A stretch of DNA of 64,000 nt, taken from the NCBI GenBank assembly GCA_038182865.1, contig CP116226.1, forward strand, positions 847,891 to 911,890. Reading direction: 5' to 3'. How positions within the stretch are numbered: position 1 is the stretch's first letter; every line of letters begins with the position of its first letter. The position numbers and the translations under genes were made by a program. Origin of the DNA: Microbacterium enclense. GTDB lineage: Bacteria; Actinomycetota; Actinomycetes; Actinomycetales; Microbacteriaceae. Shown here one piece after another: positions 55,406-64,000 of this stretch. The notes below the pieces were generated by a model, which saw only the letters and a list, made by a program, of their open reading frames with translations, did not search any database and was not told the origin of the DNA.

Positions 55406-55777
55406 ATGAGTGATCGAGCGGTCCCGAATCTGCCGTCGCGAGATCTCACGGTGACGGCGGAGTTCTACGGCTCCTTCGGATTCGAGGAGAGCTTTCGCGA
55501 CGCGTCCTGGCTGATCGTGGAGCGCGGCCCCGTCGTCTTGGAGTTCTTCCCCTTCCCCGACCTCGACCCGGCGACGAGTTCGTTCATGTGCAGTGTCCGC
55601 GTCGCCGATCTCGACGGCCTCCATGCCGCGATCGCGGCCGTCGTTCCCGAACGCGACTCGTCGTGGCCCCGGTTGAGCCCGATCGCGCTCCGCCCGTGGG
55701 GACGGCGCGCGGGCTTCCTCATCGACCCCGACGGCACGCAGCTCCACCTCATCGAGGAGTCCGCTCCTCCGGCCTGA
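55406..55777 (+). CDS. bleomycin-resistance/VOC family protein
   Basis: AVPNLPSRDLTVTAEFYGSFGF...GFLIDPDGTQLHLIEE, 123 aa. Confidence 0.75.
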   Translation: MSDRAVPNLPSRDLTVTAEFYGSFGFEESFRDASWLIVERGPVVLEFFPFPDLDPATSSFMCSVRVADLDGLHAAIAAVVPERDSSWPRLSPIALRPWGRRAGFLIDPDGTQLHLIEESAPPA

Positions 55778-55791
55778 GCCGACGTCGCGGC

Positions 55792-56610
55792 TCAGCCGGC
55801 TGAGCGCGCGGCGTACGCGTTCGCGCTGGCCGCGACGTCGTCGACGTAGGAGTCGAGGTGGTTGTACGAGAACACCGCGCGTCGCCAGCCGACGGGGCTC
55901 GTCATCTCTCCCGAGGCGCAGAGGTAGCGCCCCGCCGCGAGGGCGGCGTCGTCGATCTGGTCCGGGTCGGCGACGCCGTCGCCGTTCGCGTCCGCTCCCC
56001 AGCGCTCCCACGTCGCCGGGATGAACTGCAACGGCCCCACGGCGCGGTCCCAGGTGGCATCCCCGTCGAATCGGCCCCCGTCGGTGTCGGCGATCGCCGC
56101 GCTCGCGGTGCCGTCGAGAGCGATTCCCCGGATGGGCGGGTCGGGATGACCCTCCGCGTCCAGGGTGCCGCCGGCGTGGGCGCCGTGGGCGGACTCGATC
56201 GAGCCGAGGGCCGCGAGCGTGTTCCAGCCGAGGCCGCAATCGGGCTGCTCCGCTCGGACGGTCAGCGCGGCGGAGGCATAGGCGCGCAGGGCACGCTGCG
56301 GGATGCCGGTCCGCGCCGCCACGGCCTCTGTCCACGTCGCATCCGGGACGAGGATCATCGCGGGCAGGGGCACCGGCACCGTCGAGCTGTCGACCGCGGT
56401 GTCCGCCGCCGCGGACGTCGGTGCGGCAGGCGGGAGGGATGCCGGAGCCGCCGCGCGCCAGTGGTCGACGCGCGCGGCGGATCGCTCGACGTCGAGCGCC
56501 GTCGCCTGCGTCTGCGCGACGACGGCACCACCGCCACCCACCAGCAGTACCAGCGCGATCAGCCACGGCCACAGCGGCCGGCGGGGGGCCTCTTCGAGGT
56601 TCACGAACAC
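55792..56610 (-). CDS. lytic murein transglycosylase (membrane-anchored)
   Basis: N-terminal TM. GSIESAHG, RAVGPLQFIPATWERWGADANGDGVADP. Confidence 0.8.
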   Translation of the reverse strand: MFVNLEEAPRRPLWPWLIALVLLVGGGGAVVAQTQATALDVERSAARVDHWRAAAPASLPPAAPTSAAADTAVDSSTVPVPLPAMILVPDATWTEAVAARTGIPQRALRAYASAALTVRAEQPDCGLGWNTLAALGSIESAHGAHAGGTLDAEGHPDPPIRGIALDGTASAAIADTDGGRFDGDATWDRAVGPLQFIPATWERWGADANGDGVADPDQIDDAALAAGRYLCASGEMTSPVGWRRAVFSYNHLDSYVDDVAASANAYAARSAG

Positions 56611-56725
56611 CTTCCGGGTGCCCGTCGGGACCGGACGCCCGGGATGACCGTAGGCGGCCGGCCCGACGACGGCATGAACGACCGGGATACGACGTCCGTC
56701 CTCGTTCGTGCGGATGCCGCTCCCC

Positions 56726-57937
56726 TCAGCCGCGGAAACCCGCGGGGTTCGACAGCAGGTCGGCGAACGCCAGCTCGGCGGGGCCGATGAGCATGAGACG
56801 CGAGCGGAGGTGGGCGCGCTCGAGCCGGATCGTGCGGCCCTCGGCCCCGAGGGGGTGGACGCGGACCGCGTCGGCCAGGCGCTCCCGGCTCACCGAGAGC
56901 AGGGCGCCGAGGTAGCCCGAGAGCACGACGGTCTCGGGGCTGAACGCGTTGACGAAGTTCGTCAGCGCGAGCGAGAGGACCTCGACCTGGCGGGTCACCT
57001 CCGACATCACGGTCGGATTGCGGGCGACGCCGAGTTCGACGTCGAGTTCGTCTTCGTCGAGTTTGCGGCGACCGAGGAGCGGCTCGAGCAGGTCGAGGCT
57101 GACCTCGGCTTCGAGGCATCCCTTCCGCCCGCAGACGCAACGTCGACCCCGCGGGTCGACGACCGTGTGGCCCAGCTCTCCGGCGTAGCCCGAGGTTCCG
57201 CGCAGCAGGGTGCCGTCGATGATGAGCCCACCGCCGATGCTGTGCATCGCACCGCCGAGATAGAGGAGGTTGCCGACGCCCACGCCGACGCCGAACCGCG
57301 ACTCCGCGAGGGCGCCGATGCTGGCATCGTTGCCGGCGGTGACCGGCATCCCGAGCTGGTCGCTCAAGCGCGCGGAGACGGGCTCGCGCTTCCAGCCGAG
57401 GGTCGGCGAGACGAGAACCGAACCGTTGGCGTTCACCAGACCCGGCACCGCGAGTCCGACACCCACGACGCGGTAGTGGCGGTCGATGTCGGCGCGCATC
57501 GCCTCGACCGACGATTCGACGATCTGCACGAACCGTCGCGGCGAGGGGGCGCTCGCGGTGTCGTGGCGGAGGCGCGCGTGCACGACGCCGCCGAGACCGA
57601 CGAGGGCGACGGTCACCGCATGCGGCTCCGCGCGGACACTGAGGGCTGCGACGTGGTCTTCGGGCTCGATGTCGAGGGTGGGGCGCCCGACCTTGCCGGT
57701 GCGCTCGCCACCGGGGGCCTCGCGGACGAGTCCTAGCTCGGTGAGTTCCATCACGAGACCGGTGACGGTGGAGCGGTTGAGACCGGTGGTGGCGCCCAGT
57801 TGTGCCCGTGAGAGCGCTCCCCGGGAGTGGAGCAACGACAGCACGGACGCGAGGTTCTGCTGGCGGATCAGGTCGTTGGTCGTACGACCGGCCGGGGGTG
57901 CGAGCGGCGTCGCGGGCTCGAACACGGCAGGGGTCAT
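56726..57937 (-). CDS. ROK family transcriptional regulator
   Basis: Internal ATG at 57937 after GGGAGG. wHTH (LSRAQLGATTGLNRSTVTGLV) plus a ROK domain with CVCGRKGCLE. Confidence 0.88.
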   Translation of the reverse strand: MTPAVFEPATPLAPPAGRTTNDLIRQQNLASVLSLLHSRGALSRAQLGATTGLNRSTVTGLVMELTELGLVREAPGGERTGKVGRPTLDIEPEDHVAALSVRAEPHAVTVALVGLGGVVHARLRHDTASAPSPRRFVQIVESSVEAMRADIDRHYRVVGVGLAVPGLVNANGSVLVSPTLGWKREPVSARLSDQLGMPVTAGNDASIGALAESRFGVGVGVGNLLYLGGAMHSIGGGLIIDGTLLRGTSGYAGELGHTVVDPRGRRCVCGRKGCLEAEVSLDLLEPLLGRRKLDEDELDVELGVARNPTVMSEVTRQVEVLSLALTNFVNAFSPETVVLSGYLGALLSVSRERLADAVRVHPLGAEGRTIRLERAHLRSRLMLIGPAELAFADLLSNPAGFRG

Positions 57938-57997
57938 GAGGGGCGCACCTCCCCCATCATCCCATCGGAGTCGTACGGACGAGAAACGCAGTGACAC

Positions 57998-58034
57998 GGA
58001 TGGGGAGCGGGCCCCGGGGCCGCGCTCCCCATCC
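57998..58034 (-). terminator. perfect 12-bp-stem hairpin immediately after the gguB-like gene
   Basis: GGATGGGGAGCG-ggccccggggccg-CGCTCCCCATCC, 3 nt beyond the stop codon. No clean U-tract. Confidence 0.55.
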
Positions 58035-58036
58035 GA

Positions 58037-59257
58037 TCACGCACCGCCGTTGCGCCGCTTGTTGAAGATGTCGAACGCGACGGCCAGCAGCAGGACGATG
58101 CCCTTGATCGCCATCTGCCAGGCAGCGTCCACGCTCAGGATCGACAGACCCATGTTCAGCACGCCCATGACGAGGCCACCGACGACGGCTCCGATGACGG
58201 TCCCGATACCGCCCTGGACGGCGGCGCCACCGATGAACACCGCGGCGATGGCATCCAGTTCGTAGTTCTGACCCGCGGATGCCACGGCGCCACCGGCGCG
58301 CGCGGTGCTGACGACCGCGGCGAGACCGGCGAGCACACCCATGTTGACGAAGATGAAGAAGTTGACCCACTTCGTCTTCACGCCGCTCATCACCGCGGCG
58401 AAGAGGTTGCCACCCATCGCGTAGATGTGACGACCGAAGGTCGTGCGGTTGAGCACGAACGTGTAGGCGAGCACGAGCACGGCGAGGATGATCAGCACGA
58501 TCGGCGTGCCGTTGTACGCGGCGAGGGTGAAGGCGACCGCCATGATCGCCACGGCGGCGATGGCGTTCTTCAGCCAGAACGACCACGCGACCTCGCGGGG
58601 CAGCTCGAGGCGGCGCAGCGTCGCCCGCGTCCGCAGCTGCTGCGCGATGAGCGCGACGACGGCGACGACACCGAGCACGACGGTGAGGGAGTCCCAGACG
58701 CCCACGTAACCCAGCACCGGAGGCAGCCAGCCGGCGCCGATGGCGGTGAAGCCGTCGGGCAGACCGGCGATGGTGCCACCGGTCAGCAGCACCAACGTGA
58801 GGCCGCGGAACAGCAGCATGCCGGCGAGGGTCACGATGAACGCGGGGATGCCGACGAAGGCGACCCAGAAGCCCTGCCACGCACCGACGACGGCGCCGAC
58901 GGCGAGCGACAGGATGACCGCCAGCCACCAGGGCAGGCCCCATTGGTTCATCGCGATGGCCGCGATCGCACCGACCATGGCGACCACCGAGCCCACCGAC
59001 AGGTCGATGTGGCCGGCGATGATCACCATGACCATGCCGATCGCGAGGATCAGCACGTAGGCGTTCTGCTGGATGAGGTTGTTGACGTTTCCGGGCATCA
59101 GCAGTCGTCCGCCGGTGAGCACCTGGAACAGCACGATGATGATGACCAGGGCGGCGAGGATGCCGAACTGACGGAAGTTGATGCGCGACAGGATGCCGCG
59201 GCGGCGAGGCCCGGGCTGGGTCGGCGCTTCGACCGTCTGGGTGGATGCGGTGGCCAT
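58037..59257 (-). CDS. gguB: monosaccharide ABC transporter permease
   Basis: 406 aa, about 10-12 TM-like segments, XylH/GguB-like. Confidence 0.88.
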   Translation of the reverse strand: MATASTQTVEAPTQPGPRRRGILSRINFRQFGILAALVIIIVLFQVLTGGRLLMPGNVNNLIQQNAYVLILAIGMVMVIIAGHIDLSVGSVVAMVGAIAAIAMNQWGLPWWLAVILSLAVGAVVGAWQGFWVAFVGIPAFIVTLAGMLLFRGLTLVLLTGGTIAGLPDGFTAIGAGWLPPVLGYVGVWDSLTVVLGVVAVVALIAQQLRTRATLRRLELPREVAWSFWLKNAIAAVAIMAVAFTLAAYNGTPIVLIILAVLVLAYTFVLNRTTFGRHIYAMGGNLFAAVMSGVKTKWVNFFIFVNMGVLAGLAAVVSTARAGGAVASAGQNYELDAIAAVFIGGAAVQGGIGTVIGAVVGGLVMGVLNMGLSILSVDAAWQMAIKGIVLLLAVAFDIFNKRRNGGA

Positions 59258-59262
59258 TGCTG

Positions 59263-60792
59263 TCAGTTCCTTCCGGCGGTCATGTGCCGCATGAGCGTCT
59301 CCTGGGTGGCGTCTTCACGGCTGACCTCGCCCGTGATGCGTCCCTCGGAGATGGTGTAGATGCGGTCGGAGAGGCCGATGACCTCGGGCAGCTCCGACGA
59401 GATGACGATGACGGCCTTCCCCTGGGCCGCGAGTTCGTTGATGATGCCGTAGATCTCGTACTTCGCCCCGACGTCGATGCCGCGGGTCGGCTCGTCGAGG
59501 ATGAGGACATCGGGACCGGTGAACATCCACTTCGACAGCACGACCTTCTGCTGGTTCCCGCCGGACAGCCGTCCGGTGATCGCCGCGACGCTGGGCGCCT
59601 TGATGTTCATCTTGTAGCGGTACGAATCGGCGACCTTGTACTCGCGGTACCGGTCGACCACGCCGAGGCGGGCGAGACGGGCCAGCGCGGATGCCGAGAC
59701 GTTGACCTGGATGTCGCCGATCAGGTTGAGGCCGTACTTCTTGCGGTCCTCGGTGGCGTACGCGATGCCGTGCTTGATCGCGGCGTCGACGGTGCGGACG
59801 TCGATCTGCTGACCGTTCTTGTAGACCTCCCCCGAGATGCCGGTGCCGTACATCCGGCCGAAGATGCTCATCGCGAGCTCGGTGCGGCCGGCGCCCATCA
59901 GGCCCGCGAAACCGACGATCTCGCCCGCGCGCACCGTGAACGAGGCGTTGTCGATGACGACGCGCTCGGTGTCGACGGGGTGGTGGACGGTCCAGTTCTC
60001 GACGCGGAACAGTTCTTCGCCGATGTCGGGCTCGCGCGGCGGGAACAGGCTGTTGAGGTCGCGGCCGACCATGGCCCGGATGATCCGTCCCTCGTCGGTC
60101 TCGGGGTCGTCGCGACGCATCGTCTCGATGGTGCGTCCGTCGCGGATGATCGTGATGCGGTCGGCGATGCGGAGCACCTCCTTCAGCTTGTGGCTGATGA
60201 TGATGCAAGTGATGCCCTGGTCGCGCAGCTGGTCGATGAGGTCGAGCAGGTGGGCGGAGTCGTCGTCGTTCAGGGCTGCGGTCGGCTCGTCGAGGATGAG
60301 GAGCTTGACCTCCTTCGCCAATGCCTTCGCGATCTCGACGAGCTGCTGCTTGCCGACACCGATCTCGAAGATCTTCGTCGCGGGGTTCTCGCGGAGTCCC
60401 ACGCGCTTGAGCAGCTGGGCGGCCGCCGTGTTCGTGGCGTTCCAGTCGATGACACCGCGTCGGGCCTTCTCGTTGCCGAGGAAGATGTTCTCCGCGATCG
60501 ACAGGTACGGGCTGAGCGCCAGTTCCTGGTGGATGATCACGATGCCGGCGGCTTCGCTGTCGTTGATCGAGCGGAACGCCATCTGCTCACCCTCGAGGGT
60601 GATGCTGCCCTCGAAGCTGCCGGCCGGGTAGACCCCGCTGAGCACCTTCATCAGGGTGGACTTCCCGGCGCCGTTCTCTCCGCAGATCGCGTGGACCTCG
60701 CCGCGGTGCACGTCGATCGAGACGTCGGCAAGAGCCGGGATGCCGTTGAACGACTTCGAGATCCCCGCCATGCGCAGGATCGGTTCGGTCAT
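59263..60792 (-). CDS. gguA: monosaccharide ABC transporter ATP-binding protein (two ABC domains)
   Basis: GENGAGKST Walker A, a second domain GLMGAGRTE, and LSGGNQQK. Confidence 0.93.
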   Translation of the reverse strand: MTEPILRMAGISKSFNGIPALADVSIDVHRGEVHAICGENGAGKSTLMKVLSGVYPAGSFEGSITLEGEQMAFRSINDSEAAGIVIIHQELALSPYLSIAENIFLGNEKARRGVIDWNATNTAAAQLLKRVGLRENPATKIFEIGVGKQQLVEIAKALAKEVKLLILDEPTAALNDDDSAHLLDLIDQLRDQGITCIIISHKLKEVLRIADRITIIRDGRTIETMRRDDPETDEGRIIRAMVGRDLNSLFPPREPDIGEELFRVENWTVHHPVDTERVVIDNASFTVRAGEIVGFAGLMGAGRTELAMSIFGRMYGTGISGEVYKNGQQIDVRTVDAAIKHGIAYATEDRKKYGLNLIGDIQVNVSASALARLARLGVVDRYREYKVADSYRYKMNIKAPSVAAITGRLSGGNQQKVVLSKWMFTGPDVLILDEPTRGIDVGAKYEIYGIINELAAQGKAVIVISSELPEVIGLSDRIYTISEGRITGEVSREDATQETLMRHMTAGRN

Positions 60793-60858
60793 GGTTGTCC
60801 CTCCGTCAGGGATCGAGCGGCGGGGCGGGCCGAAGCCCGCCCCGCCGCGAGGGGTGAA

Positions 60859-61977
60859 TCAGAGTCCGACGTCGGACGCCTTCAGGAAGCCCGAGTCGAT
60901 GAGCTTCGACTGCACGTCGTCCTTGACGACGACCTCGGGGGTCAGCAGGTAGGAGGGCACGACCTTCTTGCCGTTGTCGTAGGTCTTGGTGTCGTTGACC
61001 TCGACCTCCTTGCCGTCCTTGAGCTCCTGGATCATCGTGAACACGCGGTCGCCGAGGGCGCGGGTGTCCTTCCACACGGTCATCGACTGGGCGCCGTCGA
61101 GGATCGCCTTGACGTTGGCCTTGTCGGCGTCCTGGCCCGTGATGATCGGGTAGTCCGCCCCGGGGGTGTAGCCGGCCGACTTCAGCGACGCCTCGATACC
61201 GATGGCGAGGCTGTCGTTGGGCGAGAGCACGACGTTGACCTTCTTGCCGTCGCCGTAGAACGACGAGAGGCGGTTGTCCATCTCGGCCTGCGCCTTGTCG
61301 GACGCCCAGCCCTGGATGCCGATCGACGCCCATGCGTCGTCGTTGGCGGGCGACTTGCCGCTGGGGACGACCAGCTGGCCCTTGTCGATGTAGGGCTTGA
61401 GGACATCCCACGCGCCGGCGAAGAAGAACTTCGCGTTGTTGTCGTCGGGGCTACCGGCGAAGGGCTCGAGGTTGAACGGGCCCTTGCCGTCCTTCAGCCC
61501 CAGCTGCTCCTCGATGTACTGCCCCTGCAGGGTGCCGACCTTGTAGTTGTCGAACGTGGCGTAGTAGTCGACGTTCTCGCTGCCGTTGATGAGGCGGTCG
61601 TACGCGATGACCTTCGCGTTCTGGGCCTTGGCCTCCTGCAGCACCGGGCCGAGGGTCGAACCGTCGATCGCGGCGATCACGAGGATCTTCGCGCCGCCCG
61701 AGATCTGGTTCTGGATCTGGCTGATCTGCTGGTCGGTCTTGTTGTCGGCGTACTGGAGGTCGACGGTGCAGCCAGCGTCGGTGAGCTTCTTCTGGAGCTG
61801 CTCGCCGTCGTTGATCCACCGCTCGAGGCTACGGGTGGGCATCGCGATACCGACGTTGCACTCGGTGCCGCCGCCCGAGGCGTCGCCGCCGCCGGTGGTC
61901 GCGCGCTCCGAGCTGCACGCTCCGAGACCGACGGCGAGTGCGGCGATGGCCGCACCGGTCAGGATTTTCTTCAGCAT
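60859..61977 (-). CDS. chvE: multiple-monosaccharide-binding lipoprotein, ChvE-like
   Basis: Internal ATG at 61977. GIAMPTRSLERWINDG...DLQYADNKTDQQISQIQN...YYATFDNYKVG...LKDGKGPFN...GSPDDNNA is colinear with my memory of Agrobacterium ChvE. Confidence 0.9.
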   Translation of the reverse strand: MLKKILTGAAIAALAVGLGACSSERATTGGGDASGGGTECNVGIAMPTRSLERWINDGEQLQKKLTDAGCTVDLQYADNKTDQQISQIQNQISGGAKILVIAAIDGSTLGPVLQEAKAQNAKVIAYDRLINGSENVDYYATFDNYKVGTLQGQYIEEQLGLKDGKGPFNLEPFAGSPDDNNAKFFFAGAWDVLKPYIDKGQLVVPSGKSPANDDAWASIGIQGWASDKAQAEMDNRLSSFYGDGKKVNVVLSPNDSLAIGIEASLKSAGYTPGADYPIITGQDADKANVKAILDGAQSMTVWKDTRALGDRVFTMIQELKDGKEVEVNDTKTYDNGKKVVPSYLLTPEVVVKDDVQSKLIDSGFLKASDVGL

Positions 61978-62171
61978 GTGATCTGCGTTCCTCTCTGAAC
62001 TGCAGGGACCCCCATGGTCGTACCCGCGCCCTCCCCGGCGCAGATCGGGTACGCCTTCGTCCCGGCTCTCTGGTCGCCGTCGCAATTATGACGGCTCCGA
62101 AAAATTATCCACTCGAGGGGGTTTTGTCTATAGCCACGTCAAAATTCATCCGCGTCGTGATCAGACCGTGA

Positions 62172-62741
62172 TCAGCGCTCGTCGCGATCGGCCCCCGACC
62201 ACAGATCGCCGCATTCGACGAGCTCGGCGTTCTGCGCGATCAGGTAGGGCCGGGCCCCGATATCGCCGCGGGCGGCGGCGCTCACGGCCGCCCAATGGTC
62301 GCGACCCAGCAGCACCGGGTGCCCGGGCCGATCGCCGTAGACCGCCTGGGCGAGGGCGTCGGGCGCGGCGCGGCGAGCCAGGCGTGCGACGGCCGCCGGG
62401 GCGACATCGGGGGTGTCCACCGGCACGACGACGGCGGCCGGGGCGGATCCGGATGCCGCCCGCGCGAGGCTCGCACGGAGGGACGCCGCCATGCCCGACT
62501 CCCAGTCGTCGACGCGCACGATCGTCGTCCCGGTCGGCACGAGCGGTGTCGCGACGTCGGCTCCGGCGCCGAGCGCGACGAAGATGTCACCGCATCCTCC
62601 CTCGCGCAGGGCGCGGACCGCGAGGGCGATCCAGGGGGTACCCGCGGGGGTGCGGGCGAGAGCTTTGGGACCACCGAAACGACGACCGGCCCCCGCGGCC
62701 AAGACGACTCCGCACGGCGGCTCGAGGGGGGCGGCGGGCAT
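62172..62741 (-). CDS. mocA: MocA-like nucleotidyltransferase (molybdenum cofactor cytidylyltransferase family)
   Basis: Internal ATG at 62741 of ORF 62172..63716. VVLAAGAGRRFGGPKAL..., VVVPVDTP. Confidence 0.72.
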   Translation of the reverse strand: MPAAPLEPPCGVVLAAGAGRRFGGPKALARTPAGTPWIALAVRALREGGCGDIFVALGAGADVATPLVPTGTTIVRVDDWESGMAASLRASLARAASGSAPAAVVVPVDTPDVAPAAVARLARRAAPDALAQAVYGDRPGHPVLLGRDHWAAVSAAARGDIGARPYLIAQNAELVECGDLWSGADRDER

Positions 62742-62792
62742 GGTCACGACAGCGTAGCGTGCGCGAAACACGCCCCGGCTACCGTCGCGTCC

Positions 62793-63770
62793 ATGCTCGA
62801 TCTGGCCGCCGACCTGCTGCCGTTGCTCGACGCGAACGTCCCGGTCGCGGCGGTCACCGTCACCGCCGTGGTGCGCAGCGCGCCGCGCGGAGTGGGCGCC
62901 ACCCTCGCGGTCACCCGCGACGCCCGCGTCATCGGATCGATCTCGGGCGGGTGCGTCGAAAGCGACGCGGTGATGCTCGGCCTCGACGCGCTGCGGACGG
63001 GAACGGTGCGCCGCGCCCGGTTCGGTTTCTCCGACGACGGCGTCGTCACCCCCATCGCGGCGGGCCTCGCGTGCGGCGGGGCCGTCGACGTCGTGGCGTA
63101 CCCGATCGAGGGCGACGCCGTGCGGGCGGCCTTGGGGGACGCCCGCGCGGGCCGCGAGGCGGTGCTCCGTCTCGACCTCGACGGGGAGCCGCTGGTGCTG
63201 CGCAAGCCCGCCCCACCGCGGTTGATCGTGCTGGGCGCGGGCGAGCACGCGGCCGCCCTGTGCCGCCTCGGTGCCGCCGCGGGCTTCGCTGTCACCGTCT
63301 GCGACGACTGGGCGCTCCTGGTCACCCCGGAACGTTTCCCGGATGCCGCTGAGCTCGTCGTCGCCTCCCCCCACGACTACCTCGCGACCCTCGACGCCCC
63401 CGACGACCGGACCGCGGTGTGCGTGCTGACACATGACGAGCGCCTCGACGTGCCGGCGCTGCGCGCGGCCCTGCGGATGCCGGTCGGTTTCGTCGGGGCG
63501 ATGGGGGCGCGTGCCACCGTCGCGCGACGCGCGGTGCTCTTGCGCTCGGCCGGAGTGACCGATGCCGAGCTCTCGCGCCTGCACTCCCCCCTCGGCCTCG
63601 ACCTCGGGGGCTCGACGCCCGAGGAGACGGCACTGTCGGTGATCGCCGAGATCGTGGCATCCCGCAACGCCGCCGGCGCGCGACCGCTGCGCGAGGGTCT
63701 CGGGGCGAGGGTGCACGACGGTGTCCGAGAGATGCCGACAGGAGCGTCGTGCGCGGTGAGGAGCGCGTGA
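62793..63770 (+). CDS. xdhC: XdhC/CoxI family molybdoenzyme maturation protein
   Basis: Internal ATG at 62793. GSISGGCVE, LIVLGAGEHAAAL, VLTHDERLDVPAL, SPLGLDLGGSTPEE. Confidence 0.85.
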   Translation: MLDLAADLLPLLDANVPVAAVTVTAVVRSAPRGVGATLAVTRDARVIGSISGGCVESDAVMLGLDALRTGTVRRARFGFSDDGVVTPIAAGLACGGAVDVVAYPIEGDAVRAALGDARAGREAVLRLDLDGEPLVLRKPAPPRLIVLGAGEHAAALCRLGAAAGFAVTVCDDWALLVTPERFPDAAELVVASPHDYLATLDAPDDRTAVCVLTHDERLDVPALRAALRMPVGFVGAMGARATVARRAVLLRSAGVTDAELSRLHSPLGLDLGGSTPEETALSVIAEIVASRNAAGARPLREGLGARVHDGVREMPTGASCAVRSA

Positions 63771-64000
63771 GCGTTCTGGTCATCCGCGACGCGGTCGCCG
63801 TGGTCGATGACGGCGGACACGTCCGCACGGGCGACGTGACCTGCGTGAACGGACGGATCGTCGAGGGCGCCGACGTGACCGGGGCCACCGTGGTGGATGC
63901 CACGGGCTGCGTCGTCACGGCGGGTCTCGTGAACGCGCACCACCACCTGCTGCAGACGGCGTTCCGGACGCTCCCGGGCACCCGCGGCATCCCGATGCGC
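63767..64000 (+). CDS. amidohydrolase (guanine/8-oxoguanine deaminase-like), N-terminal 78 codons; runs off the window end
   Basis: GTGA overlap with the xdhC stop. VSVLVIRDAVAVVDDGG...VVTAGLVNAHHHLLQTAFR is the metal-binding HxH region. Confidence 0.65.
   Translation, partial: MSVLVIRDAVAVVDDGGHVRTGDVTCVNGRIVEGADVTGATVVDATGCVVTAGLVNAHHHLLQTAFRTLPGTRGIPMR

Overview
High-GC (about 70% by eye) actinobacterial chromosomal segment; gene content and style look Microbacteriaceae-like, a guess I have not searched. The backbone is a loose set of de novo purine genes: purF-purM, purD, purC and purS-purQ. They are separated by accessory blocks. In order these are: an L-gulonate/D-mannonate-type sugar-acid cluster (uxuB-like reductase, Zn-ADH, MFS, manD, eda, kdgK, LacI); a TetR + GT1 glycosyltransferase pair; an orphan PAS histidine kinase; a PadR + DHA2 efflux operon; a BCCT transporter; an NCS2 nucleobase permease; a LacI-controlled fructoside ABC locus with GH32, two paralogous fructokinases and an ankyrin-repeat protein; nhaA; a small ORF resembling the GyrA coiled-coil tip/C-gate; a MerR/TipA regulator; cebR-bglC-cebGFE with three CebR boxes; GntR + carboxylesterase; an AllA-like/flavoprotein/2-hydroxyacid dehydrogenase trio; a CPBP protease; VOC proteins; a lytic transglycosylase; ROK + chvE-gguAB; and mocA/xdhC/amidohydrolase. 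I saw no rRNA, tRNA, CRISPR, transposase, integrase, phage or recognisable defence module. The non-coding space is more unusual. It holds two families of structured GC-rich repeats, several tandem repeats, a hexanucleotide microsatellite and long perfect hairpins. The 7-mer GGATGCC/GGCATCC looks strongly over-represented in all reading frames. I did not find a clear multi-gene novel system. The most unusual candidates are the GyrA-C-gate-like mini-ORF with its 27-bp-stem hairpin, the GGATGCC motif, the structured repeat family at 17.5 kb and 29.2 kb, and the ankyrin protein coupled to a duplicated fructokinase. All functional calls rest on reading the supplied translations and on remembered family signatures. 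No database search was run.
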